The position numbers were made by a program, and so were the translations under genes. From positions 266,662,001-266,726,000 of the forward strand of contig OZ024742.1 of the NCBI GenBank assembly GCA_964016885.1: a stretch of 64,000 nucleotides of DNA. Reading direction: 5' to 3'. Under the pieces are notes generated by a model. It worked only from the letters and a program-made list of their open reading frames with translations. It was not told the DNA's origin and searched no databases. This document shows positions 24,832 to 38,109 of this stretch, piece after piece. Every line of letters begins with the position of its first letter. Position 1 is the stretch's first letter. This DNA is from Eledone cirrhosa (taxonomy: Eukaryota).

Positions 24832-27800
24832 GCCTGACGCGTGGAACATCGCTGGTAAGCTTTTTTGTTAATTTCTATACAAAAAAACTGAACTAATTGT
24901 TTGAAAAAACATATCATTTTGTAGATTAACCCCCAAGTTGAATTGTCAGGGGCGAAAATTTAATAAAAAAATTGTTTTAAGAAATCAAATTTTACCAACT
25001 ATAAAACATGAATAGCTTGGAAAGAACGCTAGAGAACGTCGACAGAGAGAAGAGAGGTAGAGAGGCAGATATTAACGTTATATCTGCTTCTGATACTATG
25101 GATGTCGCCATGGATACGACTGTCAAGAAAGAGAACAAAATAATATTACCACTTGAATATTTTAAAATTTCTACCGTCGAAGCGGAGAAAAATAACACAC
25201 AGGAAAACACAGGAATTAAACCTATTAATATGAAAAAGACAACAACAACAACTCCAAAGATACATCTACACATAATGTCTTTCGCTGAAACAGTGAACAA
25301 AAAACAAGATTTTATAAATCTTGACATCTCCAATGCAAGGGAGAAAATTTGTAACTTTCGAAGACAAGGGTGGGTTTAGAATCAGCTCACCCCTCGAAAT
25401 AAAAGAAGAGACAGTTCGAAGGACAGTGACCTTCAAGACTGTCTCAAACACAACGAGAAAGTCAATATTTGTGAGTCAAGGAGACATAGAAGCCACCTTG
25501 AAGGAGACTCTAGAAAATATTGACTTTCTTCAACGAGGAAAACAGCACGGAAGTATTTCCGTATTGTTTAAAAGTAAGGCACTCGCCCATAAACATTCTG
25601 TGACACCAATGGTGTCAAACGCATTCACCTTTTTCCCTACGTACATGGAAAAAAGGACACAAAAAAAATATACCACCAAACATTAACATCTGGTGGATCT
25701 TGGATGGCTTCGTGGAGCCAGAAACTGATGCCATTCTTTCAATACGAAAGTCTATTAGACAAAGGTACTGATTTGGAGATTCTTATGCAAATGAGGCCGG
25801 AGTGAATCTCCAAAATACCCGAAAAAGTCATCATTGACGACAACAACAAAATAAACATTTCGGCGGGCGGGCGGGGCGTAAACTTCATTGATTTCGCTGT
25901 GGTAGCACAACACGCCTAAAGGCCTCCTGTCCTTCACAAACACACCACAACAAAAATATTACCAACACCAAAACAACCACTACCACAAGTACAACAACAG
26001 ACAAAACAAGCAAACACACCAAAACAAACAGCCACTCAACCAACAACAACAGAAAAAACACACACAACACCCCTGAAGAACACAGCCCCACCCCATCCCA
26101 CTCCATCAAACACTACCACAAACACACATACCGAAACACCCACCCACACAAAATACCCCTACCCCACACTCCTGACGATGATTATTCACCAACAGATGAG
26201 GCTGCGTCGCCTTCTTTAAGTGAAGGAGAGCCTTGGAAATCTAAAAAAAACCCAAAAGGGACACCACAAAACCCAGAAAAAAAGCCAATCATCAACACCA
26301 ACACACAACCACAGACACAAACAGCAACACATACAACACCACAGTCAAACATCCCCCTACCAGCAAAACCAACACCAACACCACTCCAAACACAAGCACC
26401 CACCATAAAAAGAAAACTCCCGGACGACCAACAAACTAAAACAACATAACAAAAACACAAACAACAATACGCATACATCAACACAAACAACAAGTATTTG
26501 ATGGAGGTCATCTCCCAAAACCCCAAGGTGGAGACGGAGGGCAAAACTTTCGTCAAAGCAGAATCGTCTCCACACCTAAAACTAATAAGGGTTTCGATAG
26601 AAACCTATCAGAAATTGAAAGAACAGTTTTCGCAGGATGTTGGCAACCCCTGTCAAAAAGCTATTAACCGCGTTTTATTAAAATGTTTCCCCACCCCACC
26701 CAACACCTTCACCAGAACCGAAATGGAGATTGAACAACCCGATCTCCAGGAAACGAAAAGGCAAGTGCACCTTTTCGTCCTTTTTCGCCAACTCTTCTCC
26801 ACCAACATGGTTAGTTTATGAGTTGGAAGCGTGAATGTGCGTGGCCTAGGGATGCCCTGGAAACAGGGCCAACTTTTGAACGACCTTAGGTCACACGGTA
26901 TGGATATGATAGCCATCACCGAGTCCAGGATCCACAACAGGCAGCAACTAACCCCCATCTTCGACGACTTTGAGATCTACGCATCTCTCTATCAGCCAGG
27001 AGGTAGAGGTGGAGTGGCTGTCATGTTTCGGAAGAACCTGGACGTCGAAGTGCAGCAAGTACACTTGGACCCGGAGGGTAGGCTAGTAGTCCTAGACGTG
27101 AACAGTATTGGAGATGGAGCCTTCAGACTGGTGGCCGTTTATGCCCCGACCGGGCAATCGCAATCACGGCCAGACTTCTTTAAGCGTCTAGAGTCTTTTC
27201 TAGGAACGTCTAGCTCCTTACTTTTAGTGGGGGACTGGAATGGTATCCTAGATGCACAATGAGACTATGTGGGAGCATGCCCCAGTAGAGGGCGGTGCAA
27301 CAGCCTCAAAACTTTAATCGGCCAATTCCAACTGGCCGATAGGTATCGACTGGATTTCTCGACTGCACCACAGTGGACGTGGTCAAACCGCAGCGGGACA
27401 TCTAGATCGTATTTAGATAGGTTCTTCATTAGAGAAAGGGACAAGGAGATGTTAAGCAGTCCACGAATGCACATGGTTGCCTATTCAGATCACAAATTAG
27501 TCGTCTGCAAAGTCAACCGTGACAGAACACATAGACAGGGACCCGGTTACTGGAAGCTGAACGTGTCGTTGCCGGTGCGTAAACCTTACAATGAACGGAT
27601 AAGTAGACTAGTCAAGCAACAGTTAACGGGAGCCATCGTCAACAAGTACTCTCTCAAGAAAGCAATTAGAGTAGAATCGATAGGGTTAAGCAGAGAGTTA
27701 GCCTTAGAGAGAAACAAAACAGAAACGGAACTAGTAGCCAAGGTAGAGGAGGCGCATAGGAGTGGCAACGTAGCTAGAGTGCTAGCAACGAGAACGGCAC

Positions 27801-30473
27801 TGGACCAGTTCTTCGACGCGAAACACGAAGGCTGCGTGGTCAGAACTAAATCACGTGCTCTAGGAAACGAGGGAGCGAAAGCTGTTAGCTGGGCCCGAGT
27901 GGCAGAGGCGAAAAGTGTCAACAAGTCCACGATTCGGTCTTTGAAAGACCAAAACGGACGCGTGCTACTTGACCCCAAGCGGATGTGCGCGGCCTTTCAG
28001 CGGCACTTTGTGCAACTGTTCGGGCGGAGTGGCGGTGCGTCGAACGGGGCAGTGGACTTCGGTTCATAATTCGACGGCCTGCCGCGTCTCTCGTGCATGG
28101 ACGAACAGTTCTGCGAAAGACCGATCACAGCCACTAAGATACGGGGCGCTCTGAGCCACTGCGGGAAACGCAAATAACCCGGTCTAGATGGTCTATCCTA
28201 TGAGTTTTACATAGGCATGCCGGACTTATTCTCTGGCGTCCTAGAGGCCGTCTACTGCAACTGGCAGCAGAACGGGAGAATTCCCAGTTCTGCAGACAGG
28301 GGCGTAGTAACAATGATCAGAAAAGACGAGAACAAGGGGGATGAAGTAAGCAACTTTAGGCCCATAACTCTGCCCAACACAGAGTTAAAGATTTTGGCCA
28401 AGGTATTGGCAACGAGGTTGGCGCTTGTCGTCGATAATCTGGTAGGGAAAGCGAAAACGTGTGCAATCTCGACCAGGTCCATACACGACAACCTCCACCT
28501 CATGCGATACATCATAGAGTGGGGGATGTAAACCCGGTTTTTGGTGGAGCTCTGATCAATTTAGATCAGTCTAAGGCGTTCGATAGGGTCGACCATCGAT
28601 ACTTGGAAGCGGTTCTCAAGGCGGCCGGTTTCGGACCCGTCTTCAGAGGCTGGATCGACGCAATGCACACCAACATCTGCTCGATGGTCAAGGTGAACGG
28701 CTACCTATCGGAGCCGTTCGCAATCACGCGTTCCATTCGACAGGGGTGCCCTCTCTCCTCCATTCTGTACGTACTGACTCTAGAGCCACTACTGTGGAAG
28801 CTGGAGCTGCTGCAGGGCATTCCGTTGGAACCGGGACTGCATAAAGCGGCGTCGGCTTATGCCGACGACGTGACGGTAATGGTGTCGTAAGCCTTCGAAA
28901 TCGGGGCGATTGGCAACTTACTGTAGGAATATGAAAGGCTCACAGGAGCAAAACTGAACCCGGACAAGTCTGTCGGTTTGCAACTCGGAACGTGGAGAGG
29001 CAAACCGATGCCGTCCGACAGCGTCGTTGGACGCTGGAGGCACGGACCGGTGAAATTGCTTGGGGTCTGGTTCGCTCCAGACCTCCAGGTGGAGAAAAAC
29101 TGGAACGAGGTCACGGCCAAGGTATTTGCGCTCACCCACAAATGGGCAGAGTGCAAACTATCCTTGAAAGATCGAGCGGAGGTAACGAACACTTTCATAG
29201 CGTCCGTCATCTACTACCGCTTGACCGTCGTTCCTTGTCCCCGTGAACACCTCACCAAGATGGAACGCATGCTCTTCCAGTTCCTTTGGAATAAGCAGGC
29301 TCCACTGATGAGGAGATCCGTCTGCTGTCAGCACCCTTCCAACGGAGGGCAGGGAATGCCGTGGCTGAGGATGCGCAAGCATGCACTGAGGCTACGGCAT
29401 CTACAGGTATTCCTCACCGACCCCCAACCGGTGTGGGCACCGTTTGTGAGACAGGCCTTCCCGCAACTTGTCTCCCTGACGAGCTGCAGTCTTGGGTCAA
29501 GCGAAGACCGAAGAAGATGGGCACCTGGCACATTGAATGCGCTCAGGCACTCACAGTCCTTTGTCAAGCGGGCACGGCAATCAGTGGAGACTCCACTTCG
29601 ACATTCTATAGAGGGTTAGTACGTCACAAGGGCGACGACGTGCCCGGAGAGACTCTAGGCGTCGAAGACGACGAACTCACCAGTCTGTTTGGTAGGACTT
29701 TCCGCCCGGGACCTATAGACAACTTCCAGAGGTCCCTGGCCTGACAGTGCTACTGAGGAGCTCTACCAGTTCGTGACAAGATCTACAGGCTCGGACGCCC
29801 CGGCAGGGATCCTTCCAAGAGGACGTGTCCAAAATGCGCGCAGGACATTGAAACCGTCCTGCACGCAATTGTACACTGCCCGGGCGTAACCGACCTGTGG
29901 AACTACGCGGAACAACTGCTGTCGTGTATGGGACAAATCCAGTTGACTGCTGAGTCAAGTAAGGATCAAACCGTCAACTTCTTTCAAAAACGAAAGAGAG
30001 GCGGTTTTCCTCTGTATAGTCGCTATGGTGAAAGAGGTTATATGGTGGACAAGATTGAGAGGACTGAGGACAGATGCCTTTCTCTCCGGACAACAACTCA
30101 TTCCCTTCTTTAGATACCACTTTAGAAGGAGAATCAGAGTGGAGAGAGAGGCACTGCATCCCAGTAAATTTACTGAAAGGTGGGTGAATGTGGCAAAAAT
30201 GGTCCGAATGATTGGGCCTTCTCTGTATATACACCTGTAGATTGAAGATGAGAGCAAAATGAAGAAAAGAGCACTTTCACAACATGCTCCTGAAGTTGAG
30301 GGTTGTTCTATCGACGGGGTATTAAACAACCCATTTGTGGCGCCTCCCCCCTATTGGGGATTTCTCTTGTTATAATTGTTTGTTTTATATTTTTTTTCAC
30401 GATTGTATGTAAAATCCCCGGCAAGTCTTTGTTTTGTTCCCTTTTCTTGTGCGCTCTTGTGGCTAATAAAGAA
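24832..30473 (+). mobile_element. Tx1/L1-clade element, family C, full length but decayed, inserted in (TATC)n
   Basis: ORF1 remnants from ATG 25008; ORF2 from ATG 26807 to TAG 30240 with APE, RT (YADD) and CCHC motifs and many stops; AATAAA at 30465 then (ATCT)n. Confidence 0.92.
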
Positions 30474-30594
<121 letters not shown>

Positions 30595-30730
30595 TTGAAC
30601 AACCCGACCTCCAGAAAACTAAAAGGTAAGTGTTCCTGCCCTTTTCTCTCCCTAACTCTTCTTCACCAGCATGGTGACTATACTAGTTGGATGTTTGAAT
30701 GTGCGAGGCCTGGGGATGTCGAAAGGGCCC
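30595..30730 (+). mobile_element. Short fragment of a second family C-like Tx1 covering the ORF1/ORF2 junction
   Basis: IEQPDLQKTKR* then MVTILVGCLNVRGLGM, homologous to 26729-26860. Confidence 0.85.
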
Positions 30731-30853
30731 ATTTTTAAATACCCACTGTCCAGCATTTCTCCAAAATGGCTGTCTGAATACACACGTATTTTTTCCGTTC
30801 CTTCCTCTTCTCACCTTCTATTTTTCTATTTCATCATTTATTTCTCTGTCTAT

Positions 30854-30887
30854 CTTCTGATGAAGGACTAGTGTCCGAAACGTTAAG
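30854..30887 (+). ncRNA. Minimal hammerhead ribozyme motif (same family as 957-992)
   Basis: ctt-CTGATGA-a-GGAC(tagt)GTCC-GAAA-cgtt-aag. Confidence 0.78.
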
Positions 30888-30970
30888 TCGCTTTTCCTAC
30901 TAGATCAATCATTAAACTAATATATTTCTTCATTATACTGAGTCGTTTGCTTTATTTCTGATTACCTTTT

Positions 30971-30971
<1 letters not shown>

Positions 30972-31069
<98 letters not shown>

Positions 31070-31185
31070 CACATCTTTCTGGGGTACGAAGAAAAATTAG
31101 GTAAATATTCTGTTTGTTTTCCACTCTAACACTTTATATATATATACATACACACACACACACACACACTCACACACACACACAC

Positions 31186-31217
<32 letters not shown>

Positions 31218-31332
31218 ATATATGTGTTTGTGTGTATATATATATATGTGTGTATGTGGATATATATTGTGATAAGCAAGTGATATATATATATTACACA
31301 CACACACACACACATATATATATATGTATATA
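30972..31332. repeat. (CA)n/(TA)n microsatellite cluster
   Basis: Directly visible. Confidence 0.95.
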
Positions 31333-31462
31333 TGGGATAACAAGTTATCGTTTTAGGTAATCCAGTTAGTGGTTGTCAATGAAACAATTGTTAATACTGT
31401 AAATAAAATCCTTTTTGTACAGCCCACCATGTTATTCATCACTCTTTCACTATATATGTATG

Positions 31463-31800
31463 CTAGCTGACATACCCAGCTTCGCCCGGGTAAACAGATG
31501 ATAAGAGAAGACAGGTAAAAGAGAAAATGACTGTATTGAATGTTTGTCTGGTTACAGTATGAGGCGAGTTCATGGTGTCTGTGTGATACAAAGAACAGTA
31601 AAAGAAATCTTCCAGATATACCAGATTCTTCGTTGTGCATAGTATATGAACAATTCTAGGTGCTCGGACCTAGAATAGTGACCTCTAGGAGATGGTTGAT
31701 CTTCTGCCTGACTGTAAAACGTGTATCATTGCATAGACGTGGTTGTTCTACGTTTCTCAAAAGGAAAATGGAAGTTCCAATCTTTTATATTATATGTAGA
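31463..31800 (-). mobile_element. Non-autonomous mini-Helitron (~340 bp) carrying a helicase fragment
   Basis: Minus strand starts a|TCtacatataatataaaag and ends with GC hairpin acccgggcgaagctgggt followed by CTAG; internal IGTSIFLLRN..PRLCNDTR resembles Pif1 motifs. Confidence 0.7.
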
Positions 31801-32360
31801 TATAGATATAGATAATTAATATAAAAGATGTCTGTCAATGTAAAAAAGGTCCCTATTTACTTGAACTGGTTTATACAAATGCCAAATTAATATGGATATG
31901 GATAACATGCTTATCTATAAGTGGTCAGCTATAATAATAAAACAACAAATTATATGACACAAAAATTTATTCAGTAATTTCCAGGCTCTTAGCCACTGAG
32001 TAAACAGTCAATATTGCCCAGAGTTCAACTCGGGGAGGTGGCCTGGTTTGAACTCCAAATGGCGGATCCTTCTACTTCGAAAATAGAATCGTTTTTCTAT
32101 ATTACTCCAGCCCTGGCCGGCGATAGGATCCAAACTTTTTGCCAGACTCAGCATATGATTTTTTTTATTACCACCGCTATCAGAAACGATAAATTTGAAG
32201 GCAATTTCTACCAATACTTGTTGGTTTTTATTGCTCATAACGACATTAAATTACATTGAACATAAATGATAACTCTGTCAAAGCTCACAATACTGATCAA
32301 AGGATACCAATGTCCGAATCATTTACGTCGCTTATTGATAGCATTAACAATATGCATACA

Positions 32361-35300
32361 TCAGCTCAAAGCTTCACTATAGACAATATTCAGGGTTGTT
32401 CCTCTGTTAGTGCTATAAATTGCAAATTTTATATCATCAGGATCGCACACTCGAGATGCAGCAACATACAGTTGCCCATGGCTGAATGCTAGATCATTCA
32501 AGTAGACACCGACTCGCTTGAAAGTCTGTCCCTGTGCCTTGTTGACAGTCATGGAGAAGGCCAAATTGACGGGAAACTGACTCCTTTGCCAAATGAATGG
32601 CAGCAGATCTTCACTTGGTCTCAGCATGATCCTCGGAATGAGAACCGATTCCTCTCTCCCTGGGAGTTTAGCTTCTAAAACTCTTCCGTTCATCAATCTC
32701 TCAACAATCAATCTGGTACCATTGCAAAGACCCATTTTATGATTGATATCTCTAAGCAATATAATCGGCATACCCTTTTTCAACCTCAAAATATGTGGGG
32801 GAAATCCGGGTATTTGAAGTGAATTCAGATACTCAGTCGGAACATCCATATTGTTCTGCTGATTAGGCTCCATTACATCAGCACAGGCCGTCAACCATTA
32901 CTCTCCAGGAAACATTCCAGCTACTTGTGAATTTATTTCATCGACCGTTGCATTCGTATGAGTTAGAATAACGCGTTCCGATATCCTGCCAAAAAGCATT
33001 CAAATTAGGGAACACCCAGTCAATCAATGCTTGGCGGTCCAGTGACATGACCAAATGGTCTGGGATTCTTACAGTCTGATTATCACCAACGTGTGGCAAT
33101 TCATCGTTTCCCAACTGCATCAACCATCGGCCGTATGTCTCAGCCTCTTCGTTTTGCCCGAACATACGAAGTCGCATATTAACGTGAAATCGCAAAACTC
33201 TGAAATGGCGCCACAACGGGACTTTTTCAGACATGCATCGACAATTTGCGCTCTTTGAGCATTCCTAACAATTGGTAGCACCTGTCTGAAATCGCCACCA
33301 AGAACGATAGTCTTACCACCGAATGGCAGGTCCCTACGGCAGATATCTCTCAAAGTTCTGTCCAATGCCTCCAGCAAATATCTGTGTGCCATTGGAACCT
33401 CGTCCCAAACACTCAGAGACGTATTGCGTATAAGGCCCGCGAGTTCACTTTGTTCTGTAATGTTACAGACACTCAACTCATCCGGAGCCAATGGAGCCTT
33501 GAAGCATGAGTGGAAGGTCCTTCCACCACTCAGCAAAGTCGCCGCGATCCCACTGGTGGCCACAGGGAGAGCACTCTTCCTCTGAGCTCTGACTGCTGAT
33601 AACATAGTGTTGAAACAGAATGTCTTTCCGGTGCCTCCTGGAGCATCTATGAAAGCACAAAGCTGCTCATGAGTGGAAATCGAGTGGAGAACGCCATCGA
33701 ACAATTCTCTCTGAGATTGGGTCAACGTTGGCATACGTTCATCCACAATACGTAGCTGTTCCAGTGGATCAAACTGGAATAGTTCCCTCCGTTCGAGTGA
33801 CAACCGTCTAAGCTGCAATCTCATGTTCAATGCTAAGACACGTTGCCGCATTTCTCCATCAGGATTTGGGAAATTGAAATCTGTTAAACATTTGAAATAA
33901 ACTTCAAGCAGTTGCTCAATATTGAACAAAACAATAGCTTTCATCAAATTTTCATCATCGACCTGAAGATGATACCTAAAATCATCAGCCATAATTCCCC
34001 AATGGCGTTCAAATAAGTCTCTTGGATCGGCAGGATTGCAGAATCCCAGAATCGTGACAAACTGCCTTATTTGAGCTGGCATCTGTGTTGTTCCTGCAGC
34101 TTCCATGGCGTTATTCCATTCAGCGTCATCCTGAAGGAGTCCCAGATGCTGACACACAGCCTGGTATGTTTCATATTCCACGCCATTGATTGTTTTCAAA
34201 TCAGCGAAGCTCTATTTACCTCTCGAAAAATCATTATGCAACAGAATTCAAAGATAAAACACATCACCAGATGCTGGATGGACGTTACAAACCCGTCCAA
34301 TAGTCATGAATCTCAACTTTTGTTTTCTATCATTCCATTTCTTTCCCTTCGTATAGTGCGAAGGGAAATCGCAGTAGAGTTGCCGTTGATCCGGGTTCAA
34401 AGCATGTTCCCTATTATGCTTGAACCACTCAGTCAATTCCATCTTAGGAGGTGGTGCGTTAGCAATTCTTTCGACACCTCTTCTAGTGTCCTGAAAACAG
34501 ACCATTTGCCTATTCTCTAAGTGAACGGTCAGTTTCTGAACGCTGGGTTTGCGTTCATTGAGATGAAAATCGAGCAATCTCCAGCAAGCTTCGCTAGATC
34601 CAATCGAGCGAATATCCTGGAACCTGCCAACTTCATCTCCTTGGTTCGCTTCCTCATTCCTGACATTGATCATTGCCCGATCATGACCTTTGTAAACATA
34701 TTTGAATAGATATTTGCAAGCTTTCACTGAGCTACAAATTTCCACATTAATATGACAACGATATTTCATAATCAAATATGGATTGTATGGCACAACCCAT
34801 TGATTTGTAACCTGTCGACCGTTTACATTTTCGACCAAACCGCCATCTGCTGGTGACCGTCTTCTGTATGAGAGATGAGCATCCCCATCGTTCCAGGAAG
34901 TGTTCGTGACAAAAGATTTCGGAAAGTGCTTACTTTTTCATGCAAGGCGCTTTCCGATTTGCCACTCCGCATTGGTTGTGCACCAATGACTTTGCCACCA
35001 AGTTGCGTAGTGCCTCATTCTCCGGCAGTTCAGCACACACAATGCTGTCGACATCCTCAGCACATCTCAATTTGCAATCTCTATGTAAAATGATCAGCAA
35101 ATGTGCATGTGGCAATCCTCTTTTTTGGAATTCAATTACGTATGTAAAAGCAACTATACCTCCAAAGATTCCCTCTTTTTTCACATCAACCATTATCTTT
35201 TTCAGATATCCTTTGAATACTCTTGCCACAATATCAGGACGGTCTTTTGACTGTTGTCCTGGGTAAAGTGCATCCTTAATATCAGTCCATTCAGGATTGC

Positions 35301-36923
35301 ATGTAACAGTTATAAACAAATCTGGCTTTCCAAACTTTCTGACAATAGCCATTGCATCCTGATAGCGAATGTTCATATATCTCGGGCCGCCGATGAACGA
35401 CGATGGCAAAATGATGCGTCGACCTATTTGCTTGTAATTGGCATCATCGGCTGTTATCGCATCCTGTATATTATTATACAATTCAGCTCTGATATGTTGC
35501 TGATGTGTAGTTATATAATTTAGCCTTTGATTTTCGATCTTTGCGAATGCCATGCAACAGTATTCCTGGAACAATCTGCTGGCTTGAAATAGCACATTTC
35601 TCTGTTGATTTCTCTCGTTCAAATAGAACGCGTAAAAGTCGCGAATCATATTATTGTGTCTATTGCCACCTCTCTGTTGATGCTGATTCTCATGATCATC
35701 TAAATGAACAGACATGTTCCTTCCATTTTCACCTTTTGGGAATAAAAGAACATAATGCAATGGATCGTATGCCGTATTTGACTCATTGATAGTCTTGAGA
35801 GCACCATCTCTGCGATTGAGGACGATATCTCTCGATCCAGGCTTATCGTCCATCAACACAGCAACTACACGAAATCCTTCAAGGGCATTATATCGCCGTT
35901 CGTGTTGATTACTTGGCACTGCGTCAGCCTTAATCACCAATTTTGCTGCTTAACATTTTGCAGTTCAGCCACCAACATGAAATCCATAACATAAGGATTA
36001 CACAGTCAAATCCATGATTGCAAATCACGGATCAAATCACTTAACCTTTGCCGTTCAAGTTCAGTTATATTTCCCGGCAACTTCATCCAACCGATCCTGA
36101 TATCCTCCTCCAATTCACTATAATCTGGATCGTTAACGTAAATTTGAGCGAATCGAGGCCTCTCTCCTGGGGTAAATTCTAAATTACCCGATACAATGAT
36201 ACAAACGGCCTTGAATGACTACATTCGGTTGCCATGCTCCACTCTCAAACATCTCACTAACTCTCTGCGATGCTAAAGCTAATGAATTGTTAATTTGCCG
36301 CGAAGTAATCTACCTCGGTCTCCTTGATCACCCCACATACTTAGTATTTTAAACTCTGGTGACTCCTCATCATCCAGCATTCGCAAGGGTTCTAGTTGAA
36401 CTGCTTTTTTATGACAGCACATTGTGGTCCACGTCTTTTCGTGCTTCCAAAGCAATGCTCCACAATGTAGACACTCTGCTCGTCCACCAATCTGAAAATG
36501 ACACGGTTGCTATGATCCATTTTTAATATTATTCGTTGCTTTCTAGCCTCTTTACTGGAATGAGGAGCACTTTGGCGACACATTCTCTGGACTTCTGTAT
36601 TGCGCTGGCGCTGTTCAGCCAGTTCCTCTTCATCCATCGCAGCACGCCGTTGTTGCTGAATTCTGGCCATCTGCTGATGATGCTCAGCCAGTTCCGTCTT
36701 CAACCATCGAAGCACGCCGTCGCTGCTTGGCCCCAGTGTTTCGTTGGCGTTGTTCAACCAGCTCCTCTTCATTCATGGCGACACGTCTTCGTCTCTGAAG
36801 TTCGGCGTTCCGATGGCGCTGTTCGGCCCGTTTTTCTTCATTGCTGGCTGCACGCCGTCGCCGCTGTAGTTCACTGTTTGATAAAGTCGAATTGCTTTTA
36901 TTATCAGTATTCATTTCGAGCAA
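32361..36923 (-). mobile_element. Decayed autonomous Helitron (RepHel): N-terminal 23-aa repeats, HUH Rep, Pif1-type helicase; element probably spans about 31815-37420
   Basis: PDLFITVTCNP and VIEFQKRGLPHAHLL (Rep, 34930..35940); WVVPYNP/KYLFKYVYKG; DAPGGTGKTF, WDEVPM, GGDFRQVLP; QFPV..MTVNKAQGQT..FSHGQLYVAASR. Confidence 0.95.
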
Positions 36924-37415
36924 TAATAAATATAAAAGATGTTCGGCAATGTAAAAAAAGGTCCCTATTTACTCCCTTCACAACTCTATGTATGTTAGAC
37001 TGACAGACAGGCACACAGACAGATAAACAGCGTGGCGATTGTGGAACGCCACACACATACACGCATGGAGTCGCGCACACGCATGCAAACTTACACACGC
37101 ACACATGTTGATAGTTTTTACTTTCCGTGGGACGCTGTACGCACGCACACACACATAAACATACGCGCACGTACATACACACGCACGCATGTTAATAGTT
37201 ATTGCTTTCCTTCACCTCTTATTTCTACACACATCACACACACACATGTCTCTACACTGACACATATAGCGTTCACACTCTCCCCTCTCACTCCCTCATT
37301 GGCATTATGCATATTAATTTCAGTTTGGCGTCGTTGAGGTGGGCGGAGTCGTTTGAAAACTATGAACCAATGATAATCGAGTATTATGACACACGGAATA
37401 CTGACGTTGTTCAAA

Positions 37416-37472
<57 letters not shown>

Positions 37473-37690
37473 AAAGTAACGAATATCGCTTGTATTAATT
37501 CAGTGTCCTCCAACCAGCGTCTAGCTCACTCAATGAATCTGGTGAATTGCAGTAATGCAGCAACAAGCAGCTGTTCAGAGTGCACACATTTAGTTAATAG
37601 CAGATATATTGGCAGTGTTTTAGTAGAATACAAGTAAATATCTCAGAAATTATATTGCACAGAACGTCGACGTTCTTTCTGTGCAATATA

Positions 37691-37722
<32 letters not shown>

Positions 37723-37751
37723 CTATATCTAAAACAATCTCTATACCTCTC

Positions 37752-37786
<35 letters not shown>

Positions 37787-38109
37787 GAGGTTATATTTAA
37801 TTTGTTGGGATTCAACAAGCTTAAACATTTTTATAACTGATATAAAGCACTCAACAGATAGTGGAGTAAATACTATCCAGCAAGCTCCAACCGTTAAGGT
37901 TGTCTTTTTTCCGGGTATGTCAATATTTATTTATAAAACAAATCTGTATTTTATCTGATGAAAGCGCACCATAATTTGCCTTGGTTGCCCTTGCAATATA
38001 TATAATAAAATAAATATGGTTTTATAAATATAGTTTCCATTTATTAATATATTGTATATATATATATATATTTTGCGAGGTTTTTGATATGAAATCGTGT
38101 GTCGAAGCA

